DNA of 64,000 nt from NCBI GenBank assembly GCA_013265495.1, contig MU057744.1:2431370-2495369 (forward strand), read 5' to 3'. The stretch is from Vicugna vicugna. Lineage: Eukaryota. The notes below the pieces were generated by a model. That model had not been told where the DNA came from. It ran no database searches and saw nothing but the letters and a program-made list of their open reading frames with translations. The first letter of the stretch is position 1. The number at the start of each line of letters is the position of its first letter. Below, piece by piece: positions 63,481-64,000 of this stretch. The translations under genes were made by a program, and so were the position numbers.

Positions 63481-64000
63481 AATTAAAGTCCACAGTGGCA
63501 ATTAAACACCAGTGCAAGGTAGAGCTTTCCCATTCCCTCCTTTATTTCTCCCTTCCCTCACTTTCTCAGAAACTACAGTTAACAAGCTGGAGAGGAAAAA
63601 ACAAGGAAAGAAAGACACAGCCAGAAGTCAAAGAGGAGACCTTTGCTGATCAAATACTCCTTTCCTGCAGTACCTACCTGGGGATGGCAGATATACTCAA
63701 AATTAATTTGAACGCTTTCATTATAGTATGGTGCCAGACAATTTAATTTGTAAAATGAGATGACGTCTTAATTTATAATGTAAAAAATATGACATGTGAT
63801 TAGAAAAATCCTGACACCACTTGAGTTCTACTGAATGTGTTTTAAAGAAACATGGAAGACAAAAGTAAGTTGCTTTTTGATTTCCTCTGTGAGTAATGCT
63901 ACCTTAAATTACTGCTTTTATTAATTCATAGAAGTATATGTCTTTCACGGTCTGACTTTATGAGTCATAAAGTACATTGTGCAGAATGTATTCTACATAG

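Noticed and set aside
1..64000. CRISPR arrays, operons, rRNA/tRNA genes, an intact L1 or provirus
   Set aside because: No regularly spaced repeat-spacer array and no long ORFs; the only tRNA-like sequence is a SINE head.

Overview
This is mammalian genomic DNA, most likely from a camelid: it carries a Vic-1-like tRNA-derived SINE and a young L1 3' end resembling camelid L1_Vpa, and I saw no Alu, B1, Bov-tA/BovB or Can-SINE. The window is AT-rich and dominated by decayed LINE-1 fragments in both orientations, plus ERV1 and MaLR LTRs, hAT and Tigger MITEs, L2 and MIR, which fits a gene desert or large intron. I found no intact protein-coding gene. The one firmly identifiable gene-derived feature is a heavily disabled, intronless MIPEP (mitochondrial intermediate peptidase, peptidase family M3) retrocopy on the minus strand at about 28.9-30.8 kb. 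It interrupts an older L1, shows no poly(A) tail or TSD, and continues into about 780 bp of unidentified coding-like sequence where MIPEP's last exon should be. Lesser points are an LTR-split coding-like island, a solitary poly(A) insertion with a perfect TSD, two palindromes, CpG-gain patches and candidate enhancers. I cannot support a new biological system from the sequence alone. Repeat family names come from recalled consensus sequences, and boundaries are approximate unless TSDs or TIRs are given.
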